A stretch of 64,000 bases of DNA from Octopus vulgaris (GCA_951406725.2 OX597817.1:59272001-59336000); one strand, 5' to 3'; positions 1 to 12,535 are shown, counted from the stretch's first letter. A program made the numbers and translations. The notes: generated from the letters alone by a model not told the origin.

Positions 1-379
1 TTGGTGGGGTAGGGTGTCATTCTAAACGCTCTGACAATCGGAAATCAAGATTGGTACCGCTGCACTTCAAATTCATCCTGAATTAATGGAGAACCTCTGC
101 TCTCACGTGACTGCGCATAGCACGGTGGTTGGACTGTAGTTAGATCATGGTTTCGATTCTCAGACAGTCCGCTTAGCTTTAAATGAGAAACCTTGCAACG
201 GATTAGCGTCCCGTTCTGGGGAGTGATGTGATCTCGGCCACTTATATGCTATGGAAACCAGGAAACAGAGTGGAGGCAGTAATTGTCCAACGCACTTTTT
301 AAAATTTCCTGTTATTACAGACGTTGTTGCCTATGATACTGGCGTCGTAATTGAACTCAAATGTTAGTTTCAACTTTTG

Positions 380-516
380 GCACAAGGCCAACAATTTCGG
401 AGCAGGGGACGACAAGTCGATTAAATCGACCCCAGTACTCAACTGGTACTTCTTTTATCGACCCCCAGAGGATGAAAGACAAAGTCGACCTCGGCGGAAT
501 TTGAACTCAGAACGTA
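380..516 (-). mobile_element. Degenerate copy of SINE family A
   Basis: Reverse complement of ttctgagttcaaattccgccgaggtcgacttt...ggggtcgataaa...agtaccag, the core shared with 7501-8085. Confidence 0.75.
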
Positions 517-665
517 AAGGTGGACTAAGTTCTTGTATTCTCAACAAAATGTTATTGGTTCGTAATATTAGCTATTTGTTTACTTACTGTTTACTTATTG
601 CATGGATAATCTCAGTTAATCGAAGGTTTCTTTATTCCCTATAACAAATGAAGACACTACCTTAC

Positions 666-761
666 CTCCAATATTTCGTGGAATTTCGTGTGACTACTAC
701 ACATACTAGCAGTGTAAAATTCTATACCATTGGTTGACGAAGGAAGACTGCTCCGTCTACT
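666..761 (-). CDS. Internal coding exon (96 nt, phase 0/0) of an unidentified host gene: SRRSSLPSSTNGIEFYTASMCSSHTKFHEILE
   Basis: Minus strand: strong acceptor ttttctttctttctgcctctcctcag| and strong donor GAG|gtaagg. Length is a multiple of 3, frame 0 is open, sequence is non-repetitive, and it contains an RRxS motif. Confidence 0.7.
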
Positions 762-973
762 CTGAGGAGAGGCAGAAAGAAAGAAAACATGCAACGGTCC
801 GTCAGAAAACTCTCCTCTCTTTCTTCCTTTCTTTCTTTTTTTTTGTTTTTTTGTTTGTTTTTATTACACGTTAAAAGCATATAAGAAATATGTTTGCACT
901 CTTCTTCCACACCCTCATCCAGGGTATATAACATGAAATTTATTTCAGTTCCTCTGATTTGTGTTGTACATAG

Positions 974-1038
<65 letters not shown>

Positions 1039-1076
1039 TATATATATATTTATATATATATATATATATATATATA

Positions 1077-1283
1077 AAGTTAATCCAACCAAGAAAGCAC
1101 AAAAAAACACAACGCGAGGACGTGGAACAAATATAGTATTATTGGACGCTCAGGAAAGAAGGAAAGAAGGAGGGTTTAACGTTTCGAGCGGAGCTCTTCG
1201 TCGGAAACATAGGAGAAGGAAAGATCCAGAGAAGGGAAGACAGAGGAAAAAAATCGCCAACGGTACACACGAGGTCACATTTT
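1077..1283 (-). mobile_element. PLE pLTR-like fragment (family P1) abutting (TA)n, carrying a minimal hammerhead
   Basis: Near-identical second copy at 26358-26565; U-rich on the minus strand; contains an HHR motif. Confidence 0.7.
1174..1208 (-). ncRNA. Minimal type I hammerhead, variant core CCGACGA
   Basis: Minus strand reads gttt CCGACGA A gagc tcc gctc GAAAC GTT aaac. Stem I gttt/aaac, stem II gagc/gctc, palindromic AACGTT in place of stem III. Confidence 0.75.
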
Positions 1284-2022
1284 GATATATATAAAGAGAG
1301 AGAGCGAGAGAGAGAGACGTGTGCGAATGCGTGAATGCCTGTGTGTAAATATGTTCGTGTAAAAGAGAGAGAGAGTGTGTGTGTGTGACCTGTGTTTATG
1401 CTTGCACTTATGTATGTATTTATAACGAATAAGGCCGCCACAGAAACCAGTACGTCCTTCTAAAACCGTAATAGCCATTCGTTCATTTATACTCTCCTGT
1501 CGCCATAATCTTTCCTAAACATACCTTGGCATCCTGTCATGTTTGTACGTGTTTCTTTCCAGTCATTACGAAAGGCCACCAAAGAAACTAAATCATCTAC
1601 GCTCTCCTCAAATATACTTCACTTCAATTTAATTGCTAATTTTATTACAATTTTCTTCTTTTTTTAGTATTCGTGGTGTTTAGACTCCATTAAATTCAGC
1701 TTTTTATGGACATAGTTATTTCAGGCGAGATTTCGCTCTCATTGGTCTAAAACTAGTCTGCTTTGCCTGACACACTAAATCTAACCCAATCGAAAACTTT
1801 TCCAGCGCCAAATGTTTGGCATACCATTCTGTAATTGTTCTTCTATCTTATGCTTGGCTTTATCTTCTCTGGCATGATGTGTGTGTGTGTGTGTGTGTGT
1901 ATGTGTGTGTGTGTCTGTCTGTCTGTCTGTGTGTGTGTATGTGTGTGTGTGCGTGTCTGTGTCTGAGTCTGTGAGTGTGTGTGTAGGTATATATACATAT
2001 ACATATATATATATACGACAAA

Positions 2023-2090
<68 letters not shown>

Positions 2091-2395
2091 TATCTCCGGC
2101 GGTTCTTTACGTTCTGAGTTCAAATTCCGCCGACATCGAGTTTGCCTTTCATCCTTTCGAGGTCGATGAAATAAGTACCAGTGGGGTACTGGGGGCGATG
2201 TAATCGACTACCCCCTCCCCCAAATTTCAGAAGAATGGATTCTTCTTCTTATTACTATTGTTGTTGCTGTTGTTGATGATGATGATGTTGTTATGAACAG
2301 GGATTGGGGCAACGGATACCGACTTTGTGTTTTATGAACCTATAAGAAAAATACCTTTCATATATAAGAACAGAAAATAGAACCTTTGCTGATAT

Positions 2396-2672
2396 TACAG
2401 TTCTATATTTAAGAGATAAGGAATTATTTACATGATTTACATTTGACGGATATTTGTCCTCATCTTGTTTGTTGTTAACACAACATTTCGGCTGATATAC
2501 CCTCCAGCCTTCATCAGGTGTCTTGGGGAAATTTCGAACCTGGGTTCTCATTCCCAAGGTACTTTTTGATGTTATTATTTACCACTATGTCATATACCCA
2601 CGGACATATGGCGCAGTGATTAAGAGCGTGGGCTACTAACTCCAAGATTCCGAGTTCAATTCAAAGCAGTGA

Positions 2673-2759
<87 letters not shown>

Positions 2760-2781
2760 CAACAACAACAACAACAACAGC

Positions 2782-2846
<65 letters not shown>

Positions 2847-2885
2847 GAAGAAGAACAACAACAACAACAAAACAATAACAATAAC

Positions 2886-2970
<85 letters not shown>

Positions 2971-3090
2971 GCATCAAAAAATACCTTAGGAATGAGAACC
3001 CAGGTTCGAAATTTCCCCGAAACGCTGTGTTAACAATAAACAAGATTAGGACAAATATCTGTCAAATGTAAATAATGTAAATAATGTACT
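2396..3090 (+). mobile_element. Composite SINE-like element: inverted 3' tail (2396-2580), tRNA-like head (2602-2676), (AAT)n/(AAC)n (2677-2969), direct tail with internal deletion (2970-3090)
   Basis: Head has A-box-like TGGCGCAGTGA and B-box-like GAGTTCAATTC. The tail is present in both orientations. The same organisation recurs at 39821-40120. Confidence 0.75.
2478..2521 (-). ncRNA. Minimal type I hammerhead in the tail of the tRNA-headed element
   Basis: Minus strand reads acac CTGATGA A ggctg gagggtatat cagcc GAAA t GTT gtgt. The direct tail copy near 3019-3031 retains GAAAC, so the consensus is GAAACGTTGTGT. Confidence 0.75.
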
Positions 3091-3371
3091 TCGCTGATAT
3101 GTGTAAAGCTTGGTCAAGCTGAACTTAACTACAATCGCAAGAATCAGTATTGAATAAAATACTATCATGATCAATCATATTTAGCACGTTCGTGTACAGT
3201 GGAACGTGGGGATACCTTTCGCTGCGGAATTAGTACTTGCGTTTTAAATTAGAAACAGTTATTTCGAGGCGAAGAGTTTTGTAGAATCGTTACAGCGTTA
3301 CACTTTCTGCTTCTTTACGTTCAAAGTTCAAATATCGCGGTGATCAACTTTGCCTTTCACAGTTGATAAAA

Positions 3372-3956
3372 GGATCTTTTCAGTTGCTGTCACAGATTTC
3401 GTATTTTTTCAATTCTATTCCAGTTGTTTTCAAATCTAATAATACCGATTTAGTTTTGTATGCTAATTATGAAAATGGCATTCCTTTTTGCCATAAATTA
3501 ATAACTAAAAAGTTAATAGCTTTTAAAGTTTGAAAAATATTGGGTGAGCTTAGCCAACCGAAGGCCACCTTTATGCACATGACCGTAAATATCACAGTGA
3601 TGTCTATTTCCATAGTAACAAGCAAAACTCTAGTATGCCTTGCATTGGTTGTAACAAAGACGCTGTACTTGCATGAATGACACTTTCACCGCTACAACCA
3701 ACACTAAAAACTTTGACGTGAATCATTTTGTGACAGCAAGCTATCACGCAGAAAATGCTAACTTCCGATTCCTGTTTTCTGATTGGCTTAAAATGATCAA
3801 ACTTTGAACATTTGTAACAGATTTCAAAGTATCTTTTATGAAATAAATGAAATCCAAATTTGGATTCAGTGTGAAAAATTGCACCAATATCTCAAATTTA
3901 TAACTAGTCTCTTCATTTTAAAATTTCCAATTCTTTCACAGAAACTGAAAAGATCC
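3372..3956. mobile_element. Non-autonomous DNA transposon (MITE), 585 bp, about 25-bp TIRs, 7-bp TSD GATAAAA, inserted in a SINE A copy
   Basis: Left end ggatcttttcagttgctgtcacaga, right end tctttcacagaaactgaaaagatcc; gataaaa at 3365-3371 and 3957-3963. Confidence 0.8.
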
Positions 3957-4019
3957 GATAAAATAAAGCACCAGTTCTGAGGTTGGTGACGTCAGTTCCC
4001 TCAAAATCCTTATCCTTCT

Positions 4020-4215
4020 GCCTAAGCAGAATCGTTAGCACGTAAGGAAAAGTGCTTAGCGGCATTTCGATCGTCTGGCGTTCTAAGTTCAAATTCCGCC
4101 GAGGTCGACTTTGCTTTCATCATTTCGGGGTTAATAAAAATAAGTACCAGTGAAACACTGTAATCAACTAATCCTCTCCCTTCATATTTCAGGCATGGTG
4201 CCTAAATTAGAAAGG

Positions 4216-4220
<5 letters not shown>
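4020..4220 (+). mobile_element. SINE family A copy ending in (ATT)n
   Basis: gcagaatcgttagcacg...gttcaaattccgccgaggtcgactttgc...taagtaccag. Confidence 0.75.
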
Positions 4221-4266
<46 letters not shown>

Positions 4267-6157
4267 ACTATCATTTGATGATTCTATTTATAAATTTGCA
4301 CTCGTTTGCCTTCTGTTTTAAAATATGGAAAATAGTCCTGTCTTGAATAAGTTAATATTTGTCAAACTGGATATTTTTAGAGACCCATTGTCGGTTGTTC
4401 TTTTTATAGCTCCCCCCACTTCCTCCCTGTCTCTCTCCCTTTCTCCTGCATTCTCTTTTTCTCTCCCTCCCTCTCTCCCTCTACTACCAATATCAGCAAC
4501 ACATGTCTAACTGTGCAGTCTTTCCTTCAGCCATCTGCTCCACATCTCTCTCTACCTTTTTCGCCTGATCGTCGGCCGCCATTGTTTTCCATCTGCATTT
4601 TTACTCCATACGACGTCAACCCCCCCCTTCCACCTACCAACCGTCCGCCACCAGCTGAGGTATTTTCCCTCAGCCTTATTGTTTTATCTGATAGGTTTGT
4701 TATTTTAGCGCTAGTGCTGTTGTTGTTGTTGTTAGTGTTATTGTTTTTTTTTCTTTCGTGTTACTCTGCAATAAAAAAGAACAGGTTTTATTCTTAATGC
4801 ATAAACCAACAATGGATCCATCACGTGGTCGTTCGTCATAACAACCTAATCTTCCCTCAAATCACACTTCTACAATCTTGAAAAGAGGGACAAACACATA
4901 CTATAATGCTAATCAGTAGCATGGCTTGGGTGGGTGGGGGCAATGAGAGAGCCATCCGCCCCGGGGGACGCTTCTATGGAGGCTGCACGTTTGGGTTTGC
5001 TGTGTCATAAAATAAACCTGTATAAGCTTATACACCAATGGGATGCGTAAAACTCAAGCTCCGCCCCACGCCTCGGGCGGCATACATTCTGGCCACGTGA
5101 TTGCTGCTGGTACCCGATACACAAAAAGATGTGATAGTCACGACTGGAATTCCTTTTGATCATAGTTCTGCTGGATCTGATTTGACCAAGGCTAAACAAG
5201 AGATCCTCTCGTGATGGTCATGGATGGTATACCTTTAATCAAGCAGCTACTAGATCATGGTTGACCAAGGGCTAAATGAGAAAACAGCCTCTACAGGCTG
5301 GTCATGAGTGGAATAGCTTGCACCATAGATCTACTTGAGCAGACTTAACCCAAACTCACTGATATGTGACGCGCGTGACCTAGCAGTGGGGTTGTTAAGT
5401 GCAAGATCATAAAGTCGAGGTTTCGATTCCCGGAGCAGGTGGTGTGTTTAATCCTTGATCAAGATACTTCAATCTACGCCAATATATTGTGGAATTAGAA
5501 CCAGCAGCAGCTGAGGATTGACCGTGCGACGGAGTGTCATCTCGTGCACTGGAGGAACCTTTAAATCTCAATCCCTTGTACGCAACGGAAACCGAAATAA
5601 GTTCGGACCTAACGAATGTTTAGAATCGAAACAGACGATTACGTTTAAAATAGCCATTTATGCATCATAATTAATGCAAACACATCGTTATAGGTAAAAA
5701 AAAAAAAAAAAAGAGACCAGTTCCTGTTGCTGGAGGGCATTTAATACATTGCCCACTTAAAACCCTCAACTAGTTCTTGAGTGCTTTTAGCCGAGTTCAT
5801 TCTTTTGCAAGAATTCTTACTTGGCTTCCAATTTGAGGATACTTTCTTCTCTTCCTGCCACCAATCTCGAGGATGTTCTGAAAAGGATGATGGCCAATGC
5901 CATTTTCTCCCGTCAGACATAAAAACTTTATACAGTACACAACAGTTATATCAAGGGTCCTTTACTTGGGTTCTAGTGTCCCTTCTAGGGACATTGTGGG
6001 CTCAAAACCTAGCAGTAAATGCCAAGGGGGTACTATAGGGAGCACTGTGTGTTTAAAGGGGACGTGATTTTTCATAGAAATAAAACATTCGAACCAGGTA
6101 AAAATTCTTTTCTTTTAAATATATTTTTTTTTAAACTCTTTACCATAATTAGAACAT

Positions 6158-6514
6158 GCGTGGTTGTGTGGTAAGAAGCTCGCTTCCCAAACACATGGCT
6201 TCGGGTTCAATCCCACTGCGTGGCACTTTGAGCAAGTGTCTTCAACTATAGCCCCGGGCCGACCAAAGCCTTGTGAGTAGATTTGGTAGACAGAAACTGA
6301 AAGAAACCCGTTGTGTGTGTGTGTGCCCGCCCCACCCCGCAGCTTGACAACTGGTATTGGTGTATTTATGTAGACGTAACTTGGCAATTCGGCAAGAGAC
6401 ACCGATAGAATAAGTACTGGGATTTTAAAAATATTATAAGTACGACTAAAAAATTTTCAATTGGATGCCCCAGCATGGCTGCACTCTAATGACTGAAGCA
6501 AGTAAAAAATAAAA
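6158..6514 (+). mobile_element. tRNA-derived SINE family B with internal (TG)n
   Basis: tggttgtgtggtaagaagct...gggttcaatccc head; body shared with 26121, 32111, 40151, 49821 and 54501. Confidence 0.85.
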
Positions 6515-6813
6515 ACAATTAATACGACATTGTGTTGTTAATGAAAAGCAGAGACATGACCGATGACTTGCCATAGTCCGGCATAATTTGCGCCAAAATT
6601 AATAATTGCCATAAAACTTAACATAATGAGCAAGCATGACGACCAACGGTCAGAAATATCTGAAAAGGGGCAAATCCTGGATGGGATAGGGACAAGAAAA
6701 TATCGCAAATAAACCACTTGGCAAAATTAACTTCTGTTTATTTAAAACAATCTTCGTCTTCTTCTTCTTCTTCTTCTTCACCTTCTTCTTCTTCTTCACC
6801 TTCTTCTTCTTCT

Positions 6814-6868
<55 letters not shown>

Positions 6869-7019
6869 ACCCTAGTCAACATATGAAGGGATCATTTGTA
6901 AAATCTACTTTTGGTGAATGGGGGCGCCGGGCTATAAAATGCTGTGAACTACTGAGGTAGATGAAAGACTCACTCAGAGATTACTGCTTTAATTACTTTA
7001 ATTAATATCGCAGACAACA

Positions 7020-7470
7020 GTGGTGATTCTGGCAAAATCGTTAGGACGCTGGTAAATATTGCTGGGCGCAGGTTTTCTTGCGACTCTTTACGCCCCGAGT
7101 TCAAATTCTGCAACGGTCGACTTTACCTTTATATCTTTTCGTGGTCGATATAATAAGGAGCAAGCTAAGAACTGGTGTCAAAGTATTCGACTGACCCCCC
7201 CCAAAAAAAAAAGTTTCAGGCCTTGTGCTGATAGCAGAAAGGAATATTATTAGGAGGAGGAGAACGACGAGGAGCTGGCAGAAACGTTCTCACGCCGGAC
7301 GAAATACTTAGCAGCGTTTCGTCCGTCTTTACGTTCTTAGCGGCATTTCTTTCGACTCCTTACAGTCTAAGTTTAACTTTACCGAGGTCAACTTTGCCTT
7401 TCATTTTTTCGGGGTCGATAAAATAAGTACCAGCTGGGCACAGGGATTGTATTTGTGGTAGAAAGAATTA
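7020..7470 (+). mobile_element. Two older, degenerate SINE A copies in tandem
   Basis: Recognisable ctggcagaa-cgtt head and gtcgactttgcctttcat core. Confidence 0.65.
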
Positions 7471-7500
7471 ATACCGCAGTTATTATATAAAATGAAGCTA

Positions 7501-8085
7501 AGGCGGCGAGCTGGCAGAAACGTTAGAACGCCGGGCGAAATGCTTAGCGGTATTTCGTCTGTCGTTACGTTGTGAGTTCAAATTCCGCCGAGGTCGACTT
7601 TGCCTTTCATCCTTTCAGGGTCGATAAATTAAGTACCAGTTACGCACTGGGGTCGATGTAATCGACTTAATCCCTTTGTCTGCCCTTGTTTGTCTTCTCT
7701 GTATTTAGCCCCTTGTGGGTAGTAAAGAAATAGGTATTTCGTCTGCTGCAACGTTCTGAGTTCAAATTCCGCCGAAGTTGACTTTGCCTTTCAGCCTTTC
7801 GGGATCGATTAAATAAGTACCAGTTACGCACTGGGGTCGATGTAAACGACTTAATACCTATGTCTGTCCTTGTTTGTTCTCTGTATGTTTAGCCCCTTGT
7901 GGGTAGTAAAGAAATAGGTATTTCGCTACGTTCTGAGTTCAAATTCCGCCGAGAGTGACTTTACCTTTCCTCCTTTCAGGGTCGATAAATTAAGTACCAG
8001 TTGAGTACTGGGGTCGTTGCAATCGTCTTAAACCCCCCCCCCCCAAAAAAAAATTCTGTCCTTGTGCCTATAATGAAAAGGATTA
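7501..8085 (+). mobile_element. SINE family A: head followed by a 184-bp body unit repeated about 3 times
   Basis: Units start with ggtatttcg at 7549, 7733 and 7917. The core gcctttcatcctttcggggtcgataaattaagtaccag resembles the conserved Meta-type SINE central domain (recalled from knowledge, not checked). Confidence 0.85.
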
Positions 8086-8395
8086 TATAAACTAGAGCTG
8101 AACAACATCTACGATGATTATTAATTTTCTGTTTTTCTATCTTTTTTTTTGTTGTTTTAATACTATAATTTTAGCTGAAATATTCTACTATTTGGCCCCG
8201 AGCTACTTCCACCACCACCACCACCGCCACCCGCCTCCCTGGAATATCTTAAATCATGTGACGTGACAACATTCTGATGTCTATGAATGGGAAAATACCT
8301 GACAAGTCTCACACACCTTTAATCCCTTAAATGAACGCAGCAACGGATTAAGATACTTTCTAAATCTCCTTAAATAATATGTACGTGTGTTTATC

Positions 8396-8435
<40 letters not shown>

Positions 8436-8502
8436 GCGCGCGTGTATGGGTGTATATATGTGTGTGTATACGTGTGTATGTATATATATATATATATATA
8501 TA

Positions 8503-8817
8503 TATACAATATGTTACATTACTCGGTAGTCAAGATAAAACTCTGAGTTTCAGATGCCGAAGTGGAAATCCACAACACCATCTCTTCGGTTATCTGGCTA
8601 TTTGAAAACGTTATGAAAAAAAAGATTTTTTTTTCATAACGTTTTCAAATAGCCAGATAACCGAAGAGATGGTGTTGTGGATTTCCACTTCGGCATCTGA
8701 AACTCAGAGTTTTATCTTGACTACCGAGTAATGTAACATATTGTATAGATAAATTTCCTCTATTTACATAATATTGAGGTCTCTTTCTTTCTTTTGTTAT
8801 CTTACCGTTTTATCAAT
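8503..8817. mobile_element. PLE-like remnant in (TA)n: near-perfect 245-bp palindrome (8503-8747) plus a 70-bp unpaired tail
   Basis: Arms are exact reverse complements around A8-GA-T9; each arm carries an HHR-like motif. Confidence 0.75.
8655..8717 (+). ncRNA. Type I hammerhead-like motif, core CCGAAGA (mirror copy at 8533-8595, minus)
   Basis: agataa CCGAAGA gatg...gtgg attt ccac...catc t GAAAC tcaga GTT ttatct. Stem I is 6 bp, stem II is extended, and there is one extra U before GAAA. Confidence 0.6.
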
Positions 8818-8899
8818 ATATATATATATATATATATTGTGAAGACAAACATGAAAAAGGTCAGTTAAGTTTGTCAACACGCATGTATTAAGTATTTAC

Positions 8900-8932
<33 letters not shown>

Positions 8933-9054
8933 CATATATATATACATATACACATACATACAAATATACATACATATCCACATGCATGATCATACATACA
9001 TGTACATATATATACATACAAATATACTTATGCATAATACACATACCACATACA

Positions 9055-9139
<85 letters not shown>

Positions 9140-9557
9140 GTGGGGTACCTGGATGGATGTATGTGTGTGTATTTAACTGAATGTATTCCTTGCTTTTCTG
9201 ACTAGTATAGAGAAGTGTATATGTTGCCCTAAATATTTAACCGGGGGAAGCCCGCAATTGTTCACAGACGAAAACGAAAGCTTAGTGTTGTTTTGCTAAG
9301 GGCACAATTTAAGCGTGCTTTACATTCTCGGTTAAGTAGTTTGGTTGCTTTTTTAGGAGAGAATATAAAAGGTAAAAGGTGATTGGGTAACACCAGCTGT
9401 CGACAGTGTTCGTTACAATAACAACAACAACAGTAAAAGAAAACTACCGTTTCAAGAGCGAAGCAATAAATATCAAACTAACGAGAGAGCTCCGTGTCAG
9501 GGGCGGAGAACCCATCACCACGGGCGAATTTCGTCCGCATTCAATTTAGAAACTTAC

Positions 9558-9584
9558 CATTGACAAAATACTTTGAAAGCCTTT
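9558..9584 (-). CDS. 27-nt micro-exon (KGFQSILSM, phase 0/0)
   Basis: Acceptor tttttgtccttttatattcag|, consensus donor ATG|gtaagt, in frame with exon 666-761. Confidence 0.6.
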
Positions 9585-9751
9585 CTGAATATAAAAGGAC
9601 AAAAAACGGAATCTGTTTAATCCCTCGGTTTAAAACAGTAATTAAATTTCAGTTGCATACCTTAGAATTTGTAAAATGAATGATTCTTTATTTTTCCCAT
9701 CAAAATGTGGACCTCCACCATCGGTTCTTCTTTTTTGTTTTATATATATAA

Positions 9752-10010
9752 CTTTTATTCTTTTTACATGTTTCAGCCATTGGACTGCGGCCATGCTGGA
9801 GCACCGCCTTCAGGGATTTTAGTCGAACAACTCCCTCACCCCCGCCCCCACCCAGTATTTATATTTTAAAAACTCTGGTACTTATTCCATCGGTTTTTTT
9901 TTTACTACCCGCTAAATTACGTGGACGTAAACAAACCAACGCCGGATGTGAGGGTGGCAGGGCTAACGTAAACATAATGACACACATACACAGACGTACA
10001 TGACGGCCTC
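9752..10010 (-). mobile_element. SINE family B, 3' portion
   Basis: Reverse complement of ...ggcggtgctccagcatggccgcagtccaatggctgaaaca... tail. Confidence 0.7.
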
Positions 10011-10263
10011 CTTTCTTTCTCCCTCTCTTTCTCTCTCACTCACTCCCTATATATACATATAGATGTGTGTGTGTGTGTGAAAGCGCGTGGCCCTGTGGTT
10101 ATGCTGCTGCACCCACGGTCGAAAGAGCGATTCCAGGGCGGGGGTGTGTTATGTCTTTGTGTAAAAACATCTCATTTCATGTTGTATGTGTGTGTGTGTG
10201 TGCCACAAGCTCCCCTGCTACATATCTCCCCCCTCTCTCTCTCTCTCTTCTCTCTGGAATATA

Positions 10264-10303
10264 AGACAGACAGGTGGATAGTCAGATAAATGAATAGACA
10301 AAC

Positions 10304-10350
<47 letters not shown>

Positions 10351-10359
10351 CAGATAGAC

Positions 10360-10439
<80 letters not shown>

Positions 10440-10517
10440 GGATGGATGGATGGATGGATAGATAAATAGACAGACAGATAAACAGACAGATAAACAGATA
10501 GACAGACAGACAGACAG

Positions 10518-10578
<61 letters not shown>

Positions 10579-10593
10579 TGATTGATAGATAGA
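10264..10593. repeat. (GATA)n/(GACA)n/(GATG)n compound microsatellite
   Basis: Direct inspection. Confidence 0.95.
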
Positions 10594-11357
10594 GATACTA
10601 TTCTTCCTTTCTCTCTTTCTACCCCTTATTCTCACCCTATATACTTACCTTTCCTCACGCATCTCACTATATATATATATATATAACCACATATACATCC
10701 ATCCACCCAATACCCACCCGATCTCTCCCCATTATTTTCCAATTCTAATTATTCTCCCAGATTTCCTCCACAATTCATACACAAACAATTTCCGGTTTTC
10801 TTTTAGTCTCTCTTATTTTCTCTTTTCCACCCTAAATCTTCCCCCTCAATTCTCCAATCCAACCCCTTATTCCCCACCCCACCCCACATTTCCCCCACCC
10901 CCACAATCTCTCACAAGACTTCTATCATTCCTATTGCCCCGACTGTCTTATTGTTATCTTTGTTGTTGTTGTTGTTAATATTGTTATTGTTGCTGCTGCC
11001 TCAGTTGTACTTGCTGCTGTTGTTGTTGTTGTTATTGCTGTAATGTTGTTCTTCCCGTTGTTGTTTTGTTGTTATTGGCGATATTGTCGTAGTTGCAGAT
11101 ATTGTTGATGTTGTACTTTCTGTTGTTATTGTTGTTGCTGTTGTTCGTGTTACTACTACAGCTTATTCTTTTAGTTGTCGCTTTGCTCCAGATCGAAGAC
11201 CTTCTAGCCATGACAACCCCCACCTGTTATAAGGAAATACAATACTATACAACCCAAGCCGCAGTTTCAGTTTCCATATTTAGAACAACGGAGTAGGAGG
11301 ATTGATTACAGTTGAGATTTGGCTGCTATTTCTTGCATGGTCGACCAACACCTGAAA

Positions 11358-11541
11358 GCAACATTCCCAACCTTTTTAATATCTGTGCCAGATCCAAAAC
11401 CTAAATCTTTTTAGGGGACCCGCACCAAAAAATGTAAAAGAAAAAATGTATTATATTTATAGAGAGCAGACCGTCGGGATTCGACGGAAGAATGCTTGAG
11501 GGCTACATGCGGCCCTGGAAGTTGCGGTTGAGAACCACTAC
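11358..11541. mobile_element. Degenerate hAT-like MITE
   Basis: Ends caacattcccaacctttt ... ggttgagaaccacta resemble CAGTGGTTCCCAACC-type TIRs. Confidence 0.45.
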
Positions 11542-11924
11542 CTTAGAGGCTTCTTCAATCGTTGATTCCTCTGGGTAAGGTCTGTGTTATTTCTGTTAGC
11601 AGACACAAAGCTTCAAACGGTAACTGACAGCACAACACGAAAGCATAACATTGTCTGAACATGAAACAGTCTCTTTAGATAAGGACGGCAACCGCACGAT
11701 CGGCTGGGAAGGAAATGGAAGTAGAAGGGGATATGTTTCGGTGGGTTTTAAGAAAAGGATAAATATCTAGAGACTTTGCCGTCTGTCTGTCTTTCACTCC
11801 CGCTCACTCCCTTTTTTTCTATCCTTTTCTCCCTATCTATCTCTCTCTCTCTCTTTTACACACACACACAACATAGCACACGCATATATGCATGCATACA
11901 AATGCATATACATGGACACACGTG

Positions 11925-11985
<61 letters not shown>

Positions 11986-12485
11986 GTGTGTGTGTGTGCG
12001 CTTATTTAACACATATATATGTGTCTATAAATATATCTACACATGTATGTATTATGTGTGTATAATATATATTATACATACCTATACATATATATGCATG
12101 AACGTATATATAATTTATATAAATATATAATATGTAAACTTTTGCACGTTTTTGCACGAAAACTTATAAGCACACATGCATATATGCATACATACATAGT
12201 TACATTCACACCTACACAAACGCATGTATATACACACTCGTGTATGCACACACAATGTACACTCTTGAAAGTCTGTCGTCCAAATCGCTGTGACTAAAGC
12301 AACCAAAATGGCGGCTTTCATTTGATTATCTAAGCGTGTATTATATATGTGAAGGCGCGCGGTTATCTTTGTCTTTCTTCCTTTCGGTGTCGATGACATA
12401 ATGTGCAGGTCAAGTACTGGAGTCGATGACTAAACCCCACCCCTCAAAATTGCTAGCCTTGTTCTTTAATCGGAGACAATGAGTA

Positions 12486-12535
<50 letters not shown>

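Noticed and set aside
2602-2676. Functional tRNA gene (also 39881-39955 and other SINE heads)
   Set aside because: The acceptor stem does not pair and the heads run into repeat bodies.
5120-5360. Degenerate tandem repeat of about 65 bp
   Set aside because: Highly diverged, with no conserved core or structure discernible by eye.
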